64,000 nucleotides of DNA from an uncultured Acidimicrobiales bacterium (lineage in GTDB: Bacteria > Actinomycetota > Acidimicrobiia > Acidimicrobiales > Aldehydirespiratoraceae): assembly GCA_951812975.1 (NCBI GenBank), contig CATOTC010000005.1:99572-163571 (forward strand). The letters are read 5' to 3'. Both the position numbers and the translations under genes were made by a program. This document shows positions 54,467 through 64,000 of the stretch, piece by piece. A model generated the notes under the pieces. That model was not told the origin of the DNA. It was given only the letters and a program-made list of their open reading frames with translations, and searched no databases. Every line of letters starts with the position of its first letter. Within the stretch, counting starts at the first letter, position 1.

Positions 54467-54746
54467 CCCAGCAACGCCCGCCACCACACCCCACCGGCTC
54501 CCGCGGCTCCGCCACACCCAGCGAAAACAACGCCCACCACACCACCACATCCCACCGGCTCCCGCGGCTCCGCCAACGCCCAGCGAAAACAACGCCCGCC
54601 ACCACACCCCGCAGATCAGCGCGGCTCCGCCCACACCCAGCGAAAACAACGCCCACCACACCCCGCAGATCAGCGCGGCTCCGCCCACACCCAGCGAAAA
54701 CAACGCCCACCACACCCCGTAGACCAGCGCGGCTCCGGCCACGCCC
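54467..54746. repeat. Tandem array of five 51-61-nt units (consensus about CCAGCGAAAACAACGCCCACCACACCCCGCAGATCAGCGCGGCTCCGCCCACAC)
   Basis: Unit starts are at about 54467, 54518, 54579, 54637 and 54691. It fills the whole convergent spacer between dxs and the nfu-like gene. Confidence 0.9.
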
Positions 54747-54755
54747 GGAAACCAG

Positions 54756-55397
54756 CTACGTGTAGTAGGGGTTCTCGCCTTGGTCGTGGTCGGTGGTGTC
54801 GACGACTTCGGTAATCTCAGGGATGGCTTCGAGGATTGCTTTGGAGATCCCCTCTCGCAGGGTGGCAGCGCTCATGGCGCACCCCTGGCAACCACCTCCC
54901 ATGGTCACGAAGGCCCGGTCGCCCTCCACACCGACCAACTCGGCGTAACCGCCGTGCGAGGCGAGGGCGGGGTTGATCCGCTCGGCCAAGAGGGTGCGGA
55001 CCTTGTTGGCCGAGTCGCCGACCAACTCGAGTTGACCGAGGTCGCCGAGCGGGTTCGGTCGATTCGGGTTGCGGATCACCAAGCCGCCCTGGCCGGCGTT
55101 CGTCGGAAGGTCGAGTGTGGCACCCATCAGCGCTGTGACGCTGAGAGCCGGGACGATCACCGTGAGCCCGCCCTCGGTGTGGGTGTGGTCGTCCTGCGCC
55201 TTCTCGGCGACCGGTTCGAGGGACAGGTCGTAGGTGTAGTCGACGCCGCTGGCGCCGGTCACCTCCACGCGCAGCCCCAGTGATTCCGCATCGTCTTCGT
55301 TGGAACGGATGTCGAGCACCGTGGCGCGGGCAGCGTCGGTGACGATCAGGACCTCGCCCTGGTCGGTTTCAGCGGCCGCAAGTTCCGTTTCCGTCAT
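54756..55397 (-). CDS. Fe-S cluster carrier, NfuA-like (degenerate IscA/HesB-like N-domain + Nfu C-domain)
   Basis: The C-terminal part is INPALASHGGYAELVGVEGDRAFVTMGGGCQGCAMS. The N-terminal A-type-like domain lacks the Cys triad. Confidence 0.8.
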   Translation of the reverse strand: MTETELAAAETDQGEVLIVTDAARATVLDIRSNEDDAESLGLRVEVTGASGVDYTYDLSLEPVAEKAQDDHTHTEGGLTVIVPALSVTALMGATLDLPTNAGQGGLVIRNPNRPNPLGDLGQLELVGDSANKVRTLLAERINPALASHGGYAELVGVEGDRAFVTMGGGCQGCAMSAATLREGISKAILEAIPEITEVVDTTDHDQGENPYYT

Positions 55398-55452
55398 GCT
55401 GCTCAGGGTACCGGGATGCGGTATGGATCAGAGCCGTTCACGCTCCGGCCGC

Positions 55453-57192
55453 TCAGCGATGTTCGAGTTCGTCGCTCAACGTCAGCCAAAGATCTTCGGC
55501 CCGCGCCTGCTCTTCGTGGCACTCAGCCAGCGCAGCACCCGTCTCGGAGAGTCTGTGGTGATCGGTGCCCGCCTCCCCCAGAGCGGTCTCGAGTTGCTTC
55601 CTTCGGACTTCAAGGCGGTCCAGTTCCCTTTCGGCCTGCTTCAGTTCGTGGCGGATTGTTGCGCTCGAACGGCGCCGGGTTGGTCTTGCCGACGCTTCGC
55701 GCTGCTGAGACGGGGACGACCCGACCGCCTGGCGTTCGGTTCGCCGGTCGACGAGCCAGGCTTCGTAGCCTCCGGGCCAACGGCGGGCTTGATGGTCGTC
55801 GATCACCAGCACGTCGTCGGTGGTCCGGTCGAGCAGGGCCCTGTCGTGGCTGACCATGATGAGCGCTCCAGGCCAGTCCTCAAGAAAGTCCTCGAGGGCG
55901 CGCAGGGTGTCGAGGTCGAGGTCGTTGGTGGGTTCGTCGAGCAGCAGCACGTTGGGTTTGCCGGCCAGCGTGACGACCAGCTGGAGCCGCCGTCGCTCCC
56001 CTCCCGACAGCATCTTGATCGGTGACCGCTGGGTGTCGGCATCGAACCAGAAACGTTCCAGCAGGGCATGGTCCCACCAGTCGGGTTGCGCTCGGTCGCC
56101 GGCGACGAACTGAAGCACCGTGACGTCCGGGTCGAGGCTTCGGCCTCGTTGGTCGTGCAGCCCGACGACTGTGGTGGGGCCGCAGACGATTCGGCCGGCC
56201 AGAGGCTCGCGGCGCCCGGCGACCACCTCCAAAAGCGTCGATTTCCCTGATCCGTTGGCTCCGACGAGCCCGAGCCGTTCGCGACGGCCCAACAGCAGGT
56301 CGAGGCCCCTGATCAGCGGGGGGTGACCCTCGAATCCGACCGTCACATCGTGGAGTTCCACAACCTGGTCTCCGAGCCGCGGCGTTCCGCTGTGCAACGA
56401 CGCCAAGTCGAGGTCGATCCCGCGAGCATGCGCTTTCCCTGGACCGCCGTCGATCAGGTCTCGGGCCCTGCTGATACGCGACCTGCTCTTGCGTGTGCGG
56501 GCCTTGGCTCCTCGACGCAGCCATGTCAGCTCACGTCGTGCCAGGTTGCGCCTCGTGGACTCGTGTGCCTCGGCCTGCGCTTCTCGGGCCGCTCTGCGCT
56601 CCAGGTAGGCGGTGTAGCCGCAGTCGTGGACGTACGCGGAACCCTGCTCAAGCTCCAGGATCCTGTTCGTGACGACATCAAGAAGTCTGCGGTCGTGGGT
56701 GACGATCACAAGACCTCCGCTGAAGGCGGCCAGTTCGGATTCGAGCCACTCAATAGCGTCGACGTCGAGGTGGTTGGTCGGTTCGTCGAGCACCAGCAGG
56801 TCGGCGTCGGCGACGAGCGTCCGGGCCAGCGCCACCCGCTTCTGCTCTCCACCGGACAGCGATTCGACGCCACGCTCAATCTTGTCGCCCATACCGAGGC
56901 GTTGAAGAACCGCCTCTCCCCGCCATTGGGCGCCCACTGCATCACGAACCGATCCCGACTGGAGTTCGGTTATCTGCTCGAGCGTCGCTACCGTCACGCC
57001 CTTCTTCCGGCGGACTTCCCCCCGTTCAGGCATCCGCCGGCCTGCAATCACTGAGAGCAGCGTCGTCTTGCCCGCGCCGTTGATTCCGACCACGCCGAGG
57101 CGGTCCCCCGTTGAGACCGTGACAGAGACGTCGCTGAACAGGGCCCGCTCGGGTCTGGACATGCCGACACGGTCAGCGTCAACAAGGATCAC
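55453..57192 (-). CDS. ABC-F family ATPase (two NBDs, no TM domain, coiled-coil C-terminus)
   Basis: Two Walker A motifs (GINGAGKTTLL, GANGSGKSTLL) and two signatures (LSGGEQKRVALA, LSGGERRRLQLV). Confidence 0.9.
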   Translation of the reverse strand: MILVDADRVGMSRPERALFSDVSVTVSTGDRLGVVGINGAGKTTLLSVIAGRRMPERGEVRRKKGVTVATLEQITELQSGSVRDAVGAQWRGEAVLQRLGMGDKIERGVESLSGGEQKRVALARTLVADADLLVLDEPTNHLDVDAIEWLESELAAFSGGLVIVTHDRRLLDVVTNRILELEQGSAYVHDCGYTAYLERRAAREAQAEAHESTRRNLARRELTWLRRGAKARTRKSRSRISRARDLIDGGPGKAHARGIDLDLASLHSGTPRLGDQVVELHDVTVGFEGHPPLIRGLDLLLGRRERLGLVGANGSGKSTLLEVVAGRREPLAGRIVCGPTTVVGLHDQRGRSLDPDVTVLQFVAGDRAQPDWWDHALLERFWFDADTQRSPIKMLSGGERRRLQLVVTLAGKPNVLLLDEPTNDLDLDTLRALEDFLEDWPGALIMVSHDRALLDRTTDDVLVIDDHQARRWPGGYEAWLVDRRTERQAVGSSPSQQREASARPTRRRSSATIRHELKQAERELDRLEVRRKQLETALGEAGTDHHRLSETGAALAECHEEQARAEDLWLTLSDELEHR

Positions 57193-57209
57193 GAGCGGAG
57201 GCTACCGGA

Positions 57210-58013
57210 TCAGCCGCGGGCGACTCGATGTTTGAGAGCGCGGAACGCCAGTGTCTGGCTGATGAACGCCAGGCCTGCGATAGCTGACAACGCCTTCAAC
57301 AGTGACCGGGCGTTCCACTCGAGAAAGAGCGATCGCAGGCCCTCCAACAGGTAGGTCACAGGGTTGTATCTCGCAGCCTCACCGAGCCATCCGGTCATGG
57401 CATCGATCGGGACGAACGAAGAAGTGATGAATGCGAACGGGAAGAACAGCAGGAACGAGGAGTTGACCGCTCCGGGATTGCCCGTACGCAGGGCGATGGC
57501 GTAGGGCAGGCCGGTGTAGGCGACCCCCCACAGGGCGCCCATCACAATGAACGCGGCCACTCCCAGCGGCCCGGTCGGGAACCGCACACCGATGATGAAT
57601 CCGAAAACCAGCACCGGGATCACGAGCATCACGACCAGTACGAAGTCGGCGACAATATGACCTATCAGCAGCGCTCGGCGTGACACCGGTGTGAGCATCA
57701 GGCGGTCGAAGTACCCGTTCTGGATGTCGAGCACCAGGGCAGGCGCACGCGACACGCCAGTCACCGCGAAGATGATGGCTACGGGCAGCTGGAACGCCTT
57801 GTAGTCGATCTCAATTGAGGTGAAATTGGCGACATCCTGCAGCGAACCGACGTTGATGACCAGAAAGAACAACGGGATCAGAAGCGCTGGGACCACCGCT
57901 TCAAGATCACGGGGCAGCTGTCGCACCGACCGGATGGCGATGCTGCCGACGTCTCTGAAGAATCCGGTCGGCCGCGCCGCGATGTGATGATGCGGTGTGA
58001 TTGTCGTGGTCAT
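57210..58013 (-). CDS. ABC-2 type exporter permease
   Basis: 267 aa with 6 TM segments. It overlaps the upstream ATPase gene by 4 nt. Confidence 0.85.
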   Translation of the reverse strand: MTTTITPHHHIAARPTGFFRDVGSIAIRSVRQLPRDLEAVVPALLIPLFFLVINVGSLQDVANFTSIEIDYKAFQLPVAIIFAVTGVSRAPALVLDIQNGYFDRLMLTPVSRRALLIGHIVADFVLVVMLVIPVLVFGFIIGVRFPTGPLGVAAFIVMGALWGVAYTGLPYAIALRTGNPGAVNSSFLLFFPFAFITSSFVPIDAMTGWLGEAARYNPVTYLLEGLRSLFLEWNARSLLKALSAIAGLAFISQTLAFRALKHRVARG

Positions 58014-58951
58014 GAATCGACTCCTTCCATTCGATGGCCTGTGACCTCCAGGAAAACGTCGTCGAGGGTCGGTGTTCGAAGCGCCAGTTCGGTTACCGAC
58101 ACGCCCGCTCGGTCGAAGGCCAGGGCGACGGGGCTGAGTGCCCGGTTGCCGTCGCTGGTGTTGATGATCAGTTCGTCGCCGCGGTGTTCAACGGAATCAA
58201 CGCCTTCGATGCCGCCAAGCGCTGCCGCCGCTGTTTCGTGGTCCTCTTCAAGACGGGCAATCACAACATCGGTTCCGACGATGCGTTTCAGTTCTGTGGG
58301 CGACCCCTGTGCCACGAGCTTGCCGTGGTCGATTATCCCGATGCGATTCGACAACTCATCAGCCTCTTCAAGGTATTGCGTGGTCAGGAACACGGTCATT
58401 CCGTGCTCGGAGTTGAGGCGACGCACTTCTTCCCAGACACGCAGCCGCCCTTGCGGATCCAACCCTGTCGTCGGCTCGTCGAGAAAGAGCACCGACGGGC
58501 TGTGCATCAATGATGCCGCCAGGTCGAGGCGCCGTTTCATTCCTCCCGAGTATGTCGAGACCAGCGAAGGCACCGCTCCCATGTCGAGGATCGGCGCGAG
58601 TTCTTCAATCCGCTGGGTAATTTCGCTGGAGCGCAACCCGAACAGGCGGCCCTGAGTCTGAAGGATCTCAAGACCGGTCATGCGGTCGTCCAGGGCCGCT
58701 TCCTGGAGGGCCGCACCGATCGAGAAACGCAGCTGAGCGGCTTGGGAGACCACATCGAAGCCGGCTACCCGGGCGCGACCGCTGGTGGGAAGCAGCAGAG
58801 TGCACAGCATCCGCACCAAAGTCGACTTGCCGGCACCGTTGGGGCCCAGGAACCCGTAGATCTCTCCCTCGGAGACTTCTAGATCGATGCCGTCGACTGC
58901 GCGCAGTTCACCGAAACACCGAACCAGTCCTTCCACTTGGATTGCGGCCAT
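58010..58951 (-). CDS. ABC transporter ATP-binding protein (DrrA-like)
   Basis: Contains GFLGPNGAGKSTLV, YSGGMKRRLDLA and LFLDEPTTGLDP. Confidence 0.9.
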   Translation of the reverse strand: MAAIQVEGLVRCFGELRAVDGIDLEVSEGEIYGFLGPNGAGKSTLVRMLCTLLLPTSGRARVAGFDVVSQAAQLRFSIGAALQEAALDDRMTGLEILQTQGRLFGLRSSEITQRIEELAPILDMGAVPSLVSTYSGGMKRRLDLAASLMHSPSVLFLDEPTTGLDPQGRLRVWEEVRRLNSEHGMTVFLTTQYLEEADELSNRIGIIDHGKLVAQGSPTELKRIVGTDVVIARLEEDHETAAAALGGIEGVDSVEHRGDELIINTSDGNRALSPVALAFDRAGVSVTELALRTPTLDDVFLEVTGHRMEGVDS

Positions 58952-58993
58952 CTCCCGACGCTACCGGCGCTTCGCCAGCGGTAGCCTCGCTTT

Positions 58994-59998
58994 GTGTCTG
59001 TTATCGACTCGGTGCTGCTGGTTGGTTTCGGTGGTCCGGAAGGGCCCGAGGACGTCGTGCCGTTTCTTGAGCGGGTCACCGCTGGTCGCAAGATCCCACC
59101 GGAGCGCCTTGCCGAGGTGGGTGCCCACTATCAGTACTTCGGCGGGGTCAGCCCGATCAACGATCAGTGCCGGGCAATTCGCCGCGAACTCCAGTCCGAA
59201 CTCGACTCGGCCGGCCATTCACTGCCCGTCTATTGGGGAAACCGCAACTGGCACCCTCTGCTTGAAGAGACGATCGCGCAGATGGCCGGTGACGGGGTCC
59301 GCCACGCCGTCGCTCTGGTGACGTCCGCCTACAGTTCGTATTCGGGCTGTCGGCAGTACATCGAGGACATCGACCGCGCCAGAGCAGCAGTCGGAGCCGA
59401 CGCCGTGCGGATCGACAAGATCAGGCCCTACTTCGACCATCCCGGTTTCGTGGAACCGTTCATTCGGTCAACCCGTGATGCTCTTGGGCGTCTTGCCTCG
59501 ACCGATCCTCCCCCACTGGTGTTCACTGCTCATTCCGTACCCGTGGCGATGGCCGATTCGTGCGACTACGAAGCCCAGTTGCGGGCGACTATGGACCTGG
59601 TGGCTTCGGCAGCTTCACCCGGGAGCGTCCGCCATCTGGTCTGGCAGAGCCGCTCGGGGCCTCCTTCGGTGCCGTGGCTCGAACCCGACATCAACGATCA
59701 CCTCCGCCGGCTCCGGGCTCAGGGATTCCGCGCGGCGGTGGTGGTCCCGATCGGTTTCGTCTCAGACCATATGGAGGTGGTGTGGGACCTGGATCACGAA
59801 GCTGCGGCAACCGCCGATGAACTCGGGATTCGAATCGAGCGTGCGACCACGCCGGGGACAGCCCCCGACCCCGAATTCATCGCCATGGCCTGCGAGTTGA
59901 TCGAGGAACGGTTGGGCCTTTCAAGTAGGCGGGCCCTGAGTGGACTGCCGACACGACCCTACGACTGCGCCCCCGGCTGCTGCATGTTCAAGAGGTGA
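58994..59998 (+). CDS. hemH: Ferrochelatase (actinobacterial type with a Cys-rich C-terminus)
   Basis: Contains LLVGFGGPEGPEDVVPFLE, FTAHSVP and PIGFVSDHMEV. It ends in CAPGCCMFKR. Confidence 0.9.
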   Translation: MSVIDSVLLVGFGGPEGPEDVVPFLERVTAGRKIPPERLAEVGAHYQYFGGVSPINDQCRAIRRELQSELDSAGHSLPVYWGNRNWHPLLEETIAQMAGDGVRHAVALVTSAYSSYSGCRQYIEDIDRARAAVGADAVRIDKIRPYFDHPGFVEPFIRSTRDALGRLASTDPPPLVFTAHSVPVAMADSCDYEAQLRATMDLVASAASPGSVRHLVWQSRSGPPSVPWLEPDINDHLRRLRAQGFRAAVVVPIGFVSDHMEVVWDLDHEAAATADELGIRIERATTPGTAPDPEFIAMACELIEERLGLSSRRALSGLPTRPYDCAPGCCMFKR

Positions 59999-60089
59999 GA
60001 AGAACACAACTGGGCCGCGCGGGTATCCACCAGAGTTCACGAAACCTGATTTATTCTTGCGATGTCTCTGTTCATTCGTTCTGTGATTC

Positions 60090-60437
60090 ATGCACAGGCT
60101 CAGGATCCGTTGGAGGACACCACCGGTGAATCACGCAATGATCGCTGCCGAAGCGCTGCGCTATCGCCTGAAACTGGTCCGAGCCCCACTTGTGCAAGAC
60201 GACGAGTGGAACGTCGAGGAACTGGCTGTCGCTTCAGTCACTGCCGCCGATCCTCAGGTGGACGGCGCGATTCGCCGTATCGCCGAGTCGTGGGTCAAGG
60301 CCGGTCTCGAACCGACACACTTGTGCGTGCCTTGGAGCGGACCGTTGGTGGACCAGCTGTTCGAGGACCGTCCCGACCTGGTCGACGCTCTCGACGACAT
60401 CCTTCGGGGCGCGAACAGAGCCAGACGCGCGGCCTGA
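60090..60437 (+). CDS. Hypothetical protein
   Basis: 115-aa ORF with protein-like composition from about GTG 60126 or ATG 60135 (MIAAEALRYRLKLVRAPL...). No recognisable family. Confidence 0.4.
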   Translation: MHRLRIRWRTPPVNHAMIAAEALRYRLKLVRAPLVQDDEWNVEELAVASVTAADPQVDGAIRRIAESWVKAGLEPTHLCVPWSGPLVDQLFEDRPDLVDALDDILRGANRARRAA

Positions 60438-60512
60438 CCAGAATCAAGCCTCAGCGAGCGCCAACTCCGCTCCGCCGTGGCCGCTGGTTGATCTGTTGAC
60501 TACCTTGTCGGT

Positions 60513-61301
60513 GTGCAGGTCCTAACGCTGGTCAATCAGAAGGGTGGAGTGGGCAAGACCACTGTGGCATTGGGGCTGGCCGCCACGGCCTGGGCCCGCC
60601 GACTCGACTGTCTGGTGATCGACATCGACCCGCAAGGCAACGCCACCACCGGTCTGGGGGTGTGGAATCCACCTTTCAGCGTCGACCATGCCCTGGCCGA
60701 GGAGCGGCCCGGTTCGATCGCGAGTCTGCGGGCGACCTCCGGCTGGCCTTCTGAGAACGGTCGCCCTCCGTCGGTCGTCCCCGCCACCCCAGCGCTCGCG
60801 GCCCGTGAACCGCAACTGATGACCGACCCGATCGGGGCCAATAATCGTCTTTCGGTAGCGCTGGAAGGCATCAATCACGACCTGGTGATAATCGACTGCC
60901 CTCCATCACTGGGTCTGCTCACCATCAACGGGCTGTTCGCGGCGGATCAGGCGTTGATCGTCACCGAACCGGGTGCTTGGGCATCCGATGGTGTCGAGCA
61001 GATCCTCCAGACCGTGAAGCGGATCTCCTCGCGCCGCACCGAACCGCTCACCGTGGCGGGAGTGGTCGTCAACCGCATGGGCCGCACCAGAGACGCCCGC
61101 TATTGGGACGAACAGCTCCGATCCGACCACGGCGCCATGGTGCTGCCGGCAGTGCGGCTCCGTGCGGCGGTCACCGAAGCGGCTGCCAACTCCCTGCCGA
61201 TCCATGCCCTCGGGACTCGGGCCGGCGCCCCCGAAGCGGCCGCCGAATTCGACACTGTCTTCGATCTCATCGTCAACTGCGAGGTGTCTGATGGCGTATG
61301 A
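60513..61301 (+). CDS. ParA/MinD-family ATPase
   Basis: Deviant Walker A NQKGGVGKTT, plus IIDCPPSLG. Confidence 0.9.
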   Translation: MQVLTLVNQKGGVGKTTVALGLAATAWARRLDCLVIDIDPQGNATTGLGVWNPPFSVDHALAEERPGSIASLRATSGWPSENGRPPSVVPATPALAAREPQLMTDPIGANNRLSVALEGINHDLVIIDCPPSLGLLTINGLFAADQALIVTEPGAWASDGVEQILQTVKRISSRRTEPLTVAGVVVNRMGRTRDARYWDEQLRSDHGAMVLPAVRLRAAVTEAAANSLPIHALGTRAGAPEAAAEFDTVFDLIVNCEVSDGV

Positions 61302-61656
61302 CCCACAAGCCAAACGTCAGCGTCCGAAACCAACGCCCTCCGGGCCTGCCCCGGTGGACGCGCTGCTGCTCACGGGCACCACCGATTCAAGCGGCCGAGG
61401 CGTGAATGCGGACCGTTCCGGGTCCGGCGCGGCTGAGCGGAGCGACGAGGCCTCTAGGGTCACACAGGACCCGCCTCCAACTCCCGCGGTCACTCCCGAG
61501 CCTGCCAACCCGCCTCCCGACAAGTTGTTGCTCAACAGCGTTCTGGTGAGTGCGGCGGGTACCCTCGTCGGTGCGCTGGTGCTGCGTTACCTCTGGAAAC
61601 GCTGGTTCCGCAACGCTGGTCCCGCAACGCTGTTTCGACGGGACAGCGGCGAATAA
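61291..61656 (+). CDS. Hypothetical protein with a Pro-rich N-part and a C-terminal TM anchor
   Basis: The ATG overlaps the parA-like stop (ATGGCGTATGA). There is one TM segment (VLVSAAGTLVGALVL). Confidence 0.45.
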   Translation: MAYDPQAKRQRPKPTPSGPAPVDALLLTGTTDSSGRGVNADRSGSGAAERSDEASRVTQDPPPTPAVTPEPANPPPDKLLLNSVLVSAAGTLVGALVLRYLWKRWFRNAGPATLFRRDSGE

Positions 61657-61684
61657 GGCATGGATCAAGTCTGCTTGGCTCGTT

Positions 61685-62590
61685 TCAGCTGGCCATAGCC
61701 ACTAATTCCGCTTCCCGAGCAGCTTTGCGGTCAGCTCTCTTGGCGGCTTCGGCCGCTCCCTGCGGACACATCGACACATAGGGACACCAACCGCACAGAG
61801 GGCCCGGACGCGGTTCGAACTCGTCTTCAGAACAAGCCGTTCGGATCTCTGTCCAGGTGCCTGCGAGCTTTTCGGTGACGGCATCGATCTCTTTGTCGGT
61901 CACGTCCATGCCGACTGTGCGCTGGCCGAGATAGAGCAGCCGCGCACGCACCGGCATCTCACCGGTGGACGCCTCCACCGCGGCGGCGTACAACAGCACC
62001 TGGTCGAGGCGTGACCGACGGTAGCGATGGGACGGCGCCTTGCCTGACTTGTAGTCGGTGACCACGAGTCCGTCGCCCTCCTGTTCGATCCGGTCGACGA
62101 TTCCACGGAAGGGCACTCCGGCCAGTTCAGCTTCTACGTCTTGTTCGGTGGCCCGTACCTCTACTGCCGCGGGGTCTTCGAGATGCCACAGCCCCTCGAT
62201 CGCTGTCCATGCCTTCCAGCGGAAGTGGCGGGACTGCTTCTCGTCGTGCTCCAACGCCTGATAGTCGTCCATGGCCTCCGTGTCAGGCCACTCGGTTCGG
62301 GAGATGACTCGGGCCTCCTCGATCGTTCGCTCCGACGGTTCGCGCTGCATCAAAAGCTCGAGAACCCGGTGCGCGAAGCTCCCGGCCAGTGCGTCTTCGC
62401 TCGGAGGGTCCTTCAGACGATCGATGTAGCGGAACCTCCACCGGCGGGGGCACTGCACGAAGGTCCCCGCTCCCGAAGGGGACAGACGGGGCGGAGGAAC
62501 CGGAATCAACGGCGGTGCCGCCGCGTTGGGGGCGGGAGACACCGGGACTTCCGTATCCGAAGTACCGGCGAGGTCCGAGTCGAGTTCCAC
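61685..62590 (-). CDS. PD-(D/E)XK nuclease family protein (RecB/Cas4-like, with a C-terminal Cys cluster)
   Basis: Contains GIVDRIE...LVVTDYKSGK (the D-EXK core) and CGWCPYVSMC. Confidence 0.8.
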   Translation of the reverse strand: MELDSDLAGTSDTEVPVSPAPNAAAPPLIPVPPPRLSPSGAGTFVQCPRRWRFRYIDRLKDPPSEDALAGSFAHRVLELLMQREPSERTIEEARVISRTEWPDTEAMDDYQALEHDEKQSRHFRWKAWTAIEGLWHLEDPAAVEVRATEQDVEAELAGVPFRGIVDRIEQEGDGLVVTDYKSGKAPSHRYRRSRLDQVLLYAAAVEASTGEMPVRARLLYLGQRTVGMDVTDKEIDAVTEKLAGTWTEIRTACSEDEFEPRPGPLCGWCPYVSMCPQGAAEAAKRADRKAAREAELVAMAS

Positions 62591-62678
62591 TCATGTAGTT
62601 CTACACCATGGGTGTGACATGGCAAGGTGAGACCCGCCAAGTTCTGCGCATGAACCGGTCAATCAGGCGCGACAGGGC

Positions 62679-64000
62679 CTAGATGTCGAGGGTCGTGCTG
62701 TCCACCAGGGCACTGTTGCGAATCAGGAAATCACGCCTGCTCGACACGTCGGTGCCCATCAGCACCTCGAACATCTCCAGGGCTTGTTTGGTCTGAGCGC
62801 CGTCGTCCATGGTGAGCCGGCGCAGCGTGCGAGTGTTGGGATCAAGGGCGCAATGGCGCAGTTCCTCAACGTTCATTTCGCCGAGACCCTTGAAACGCTG
62901 CCACTTGATGTTCTCGCGCCGACGGTTCCCCCTGCACAGTTCGTCGGTCACCGCCTCCTTCTCCTCCTCGGAGTAGACCCGGTAAGTCTCGTCGCCGACC
63001 TTGGTCGTGAACAACGGTGGCTGGGCCGCGAACACCCGCCCCGCCTCGAGCATCGGCCGCAGGTACTTGTAGATAAGCGTCAGCAGCAGGCACCGGATAT
63101 GGCTGCCGTCAACATCGGCGTCGCACAGGATCACAATGCGGCCGTAGCGGGCGTCGGCGATGTTGAACTTGCGGCCGGCCCCCGCACCGAGCGCAGTGAA
63201 CAAAGCCGTTGCCTCGGCGTTGTCGAGCACCTGCTTCTCACTCGCCTTGTGGGCGTTGACCACCTTGCCCCGCAGCGGCAGAATCGCCATCGTCTCGGAG
63301 TCGCGACCCCTCTTGGCAGGGCCTGCCGCTGAGTCCCCCTCCACCAGGATCAGTTCCGAGTCGGCGCCGTGGACCCGGCAGTCGGCGAGTTTCTGGGGCA
63401 TTCCGGTCGAACCGAGACTCGCAGCCTTGCGCTGATTCTCCAACAGCGTCTTGGACGCCACACGGTTCTGCACCGCATTCGACAGCTTGTCGGCGATCGC
63501 CTTGACATGGGTGCGGGGTCCGCCACCCGGCTCGAACCACTCCTTGAGCTGCTCGTACACCACCCGGCTCACGATCCCGTCGATCGCCGGAGTGCCCAGT
63601 TCCTGTTTGGTCTGGCCGCGGAACTGCGGCTCCGCGAAGGTCACTTTCAACGCCGCTACAAGGCCCTCCTGCACATCGTCCTTGACAGCCTTGTGCTTGT
63701 TCTGCTTGGCGAGTCTGGCCAGTTTGTGGTGGTCCTTGAGCAGCACACTGTTGACGACGCGGGTGAGCGCCTTGTCGAATCCAGCCACATGGGTCCCACC
63801 CTGGGAAGTGGGGATGGTGTTGACGAACGACACCACCTTCGTGTCGTAGCCGTCGACCCAGCGCAACGCGATATCGACGGTGCACTCCCTGGTGACATCG
63901 GTCATCTTCTTGTTGACCGGCACCTTCTCGACGAACGTGTCGATGCCGTTGCCTGTGATGACCGCGCTGACCGGCCGAGAGCCCGAAAGGTGATCGACGA
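62679..64000 (-). CDS. Type IIA topoisomerase subunit B (GyrB/ParE family). The N-terminus runs off the window.
   Basis: Toprim motifs LILVEGDSAAG, PLRGKVVNA and IVILCDADVDGSHI. The frame stays open upstream of the track start to base 64000. Confidence 0.9.
   Translation of the reverse strand, partial: VDHLSGSRPVSAVITGNGIDTFVEKVPVNKKMTDVTRECTVDIALRWVDGYDTKVVSFVNTIPTSQGGTHVAGFDKALTRVVNSVLLKDHHKLARLAKQNKHKAVKDDVQEGLVAALKVTFAEPQFRGQTKQELGTPAIDGIVSRVVYEQLKEWFEPGGGPRTHVKAIADKLSNAVQNRVASKTLLENQRKAASLGSTGMPQKLADCRVHGADSELILVEGDSAAGPAKRGRDSETMAILPLRGKVVNAHKASEKQVLDNAEATALFTALGAGAGRKFNIADARYGRIVILCDADVDGSHIRCLLLTLIYKYLRPMLEAGRVFAAQPPLFTTKVGDETYRVYSEEEKEAVTDELCRGNRRRENIKWQRFKGLGEMNVEELRHCALDPNTRTLRRLTMDDGAQTKQALEMFEVLMGTDVSSRRDFLIRNSALVDSTTLDI

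Noticed and set aside
54123-54742. ORFs 54336..54722 (+), 54123..54713 (-) and 54455..54742 (-) spanning the second repeat array
   Set aside because: These are low-complexity Pro/His/Ala or Gly/Val/Trp repeats produced by translating the tandem array. They overlap the dxs 3' end and have no start context.

Overview
GC-rich, actinobacterial-type chromosomal segment with about 60 genes, mostly core metabolism, read by eye from the sequence and ORF track. No rRNA, CRISPR array, transposase or integrase was found.

**Main theme: tetrahydrofolate (THF)-linked one-carbon and methyl-group oxidation.**
- A selenocysteine formate dehydrogenase that the ORF track splits at an in-frame UGA, followed by a NuoE/F-like diaphorase gene.
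- A dimethylglycine/sarcosine-dehydrogenase-like gene in an operon with etfBA.
- fhs, a metF-like gene, a DUF1015 gene and folD.
- ltaE and the molybdenum-cofactor genes moeA, moaA and moaC.

**Housekeeping genes.** proS, valS, dxs, plsY, uppP, tldD/pmbA, ferrochelatase, an Nfu-type Fe-S protein, an ABC-F ATPase, a DrrAB-like exporter, a ParA-like ATPase, a RecB-like nuclease, a partial GyrB/ParE-family gene and one tRNA-Ala(CGC).

**Most unusual observations.**
1. A small accessory islet at 6.3-9.5 kb. A recQ gene loses homology just before its DEAH motif, next to a DprA-like gene. A single DUF4143 AAA ATPase gene is bracketed by a 31-nt direct repeat that duplicates the 3' coding tail of the DprA-like gene.
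2. A Liv-type ABC importer with unusual gene fusions: LivH-LivM-LivG in one polypeptide and a 12-TM MFS-like domain fused to LivF. It sits next to two tandem paralogous lipoprotein binding proteins.
3. Two intergenic tandem-repeat arrays (32-nt units at 41.1 kb, 51-61-nt units at 54.5 kb) that share a 14-15-nt core in opposite orientation.
4. A roughly 130-nt tandem duplication of the valS 3' end abutting ltaE.
5. A HicAB-like two-gene cassette with a promoter placed for a leaderless transcript.

All functional calls are motif recognition by eye. No database search was run.
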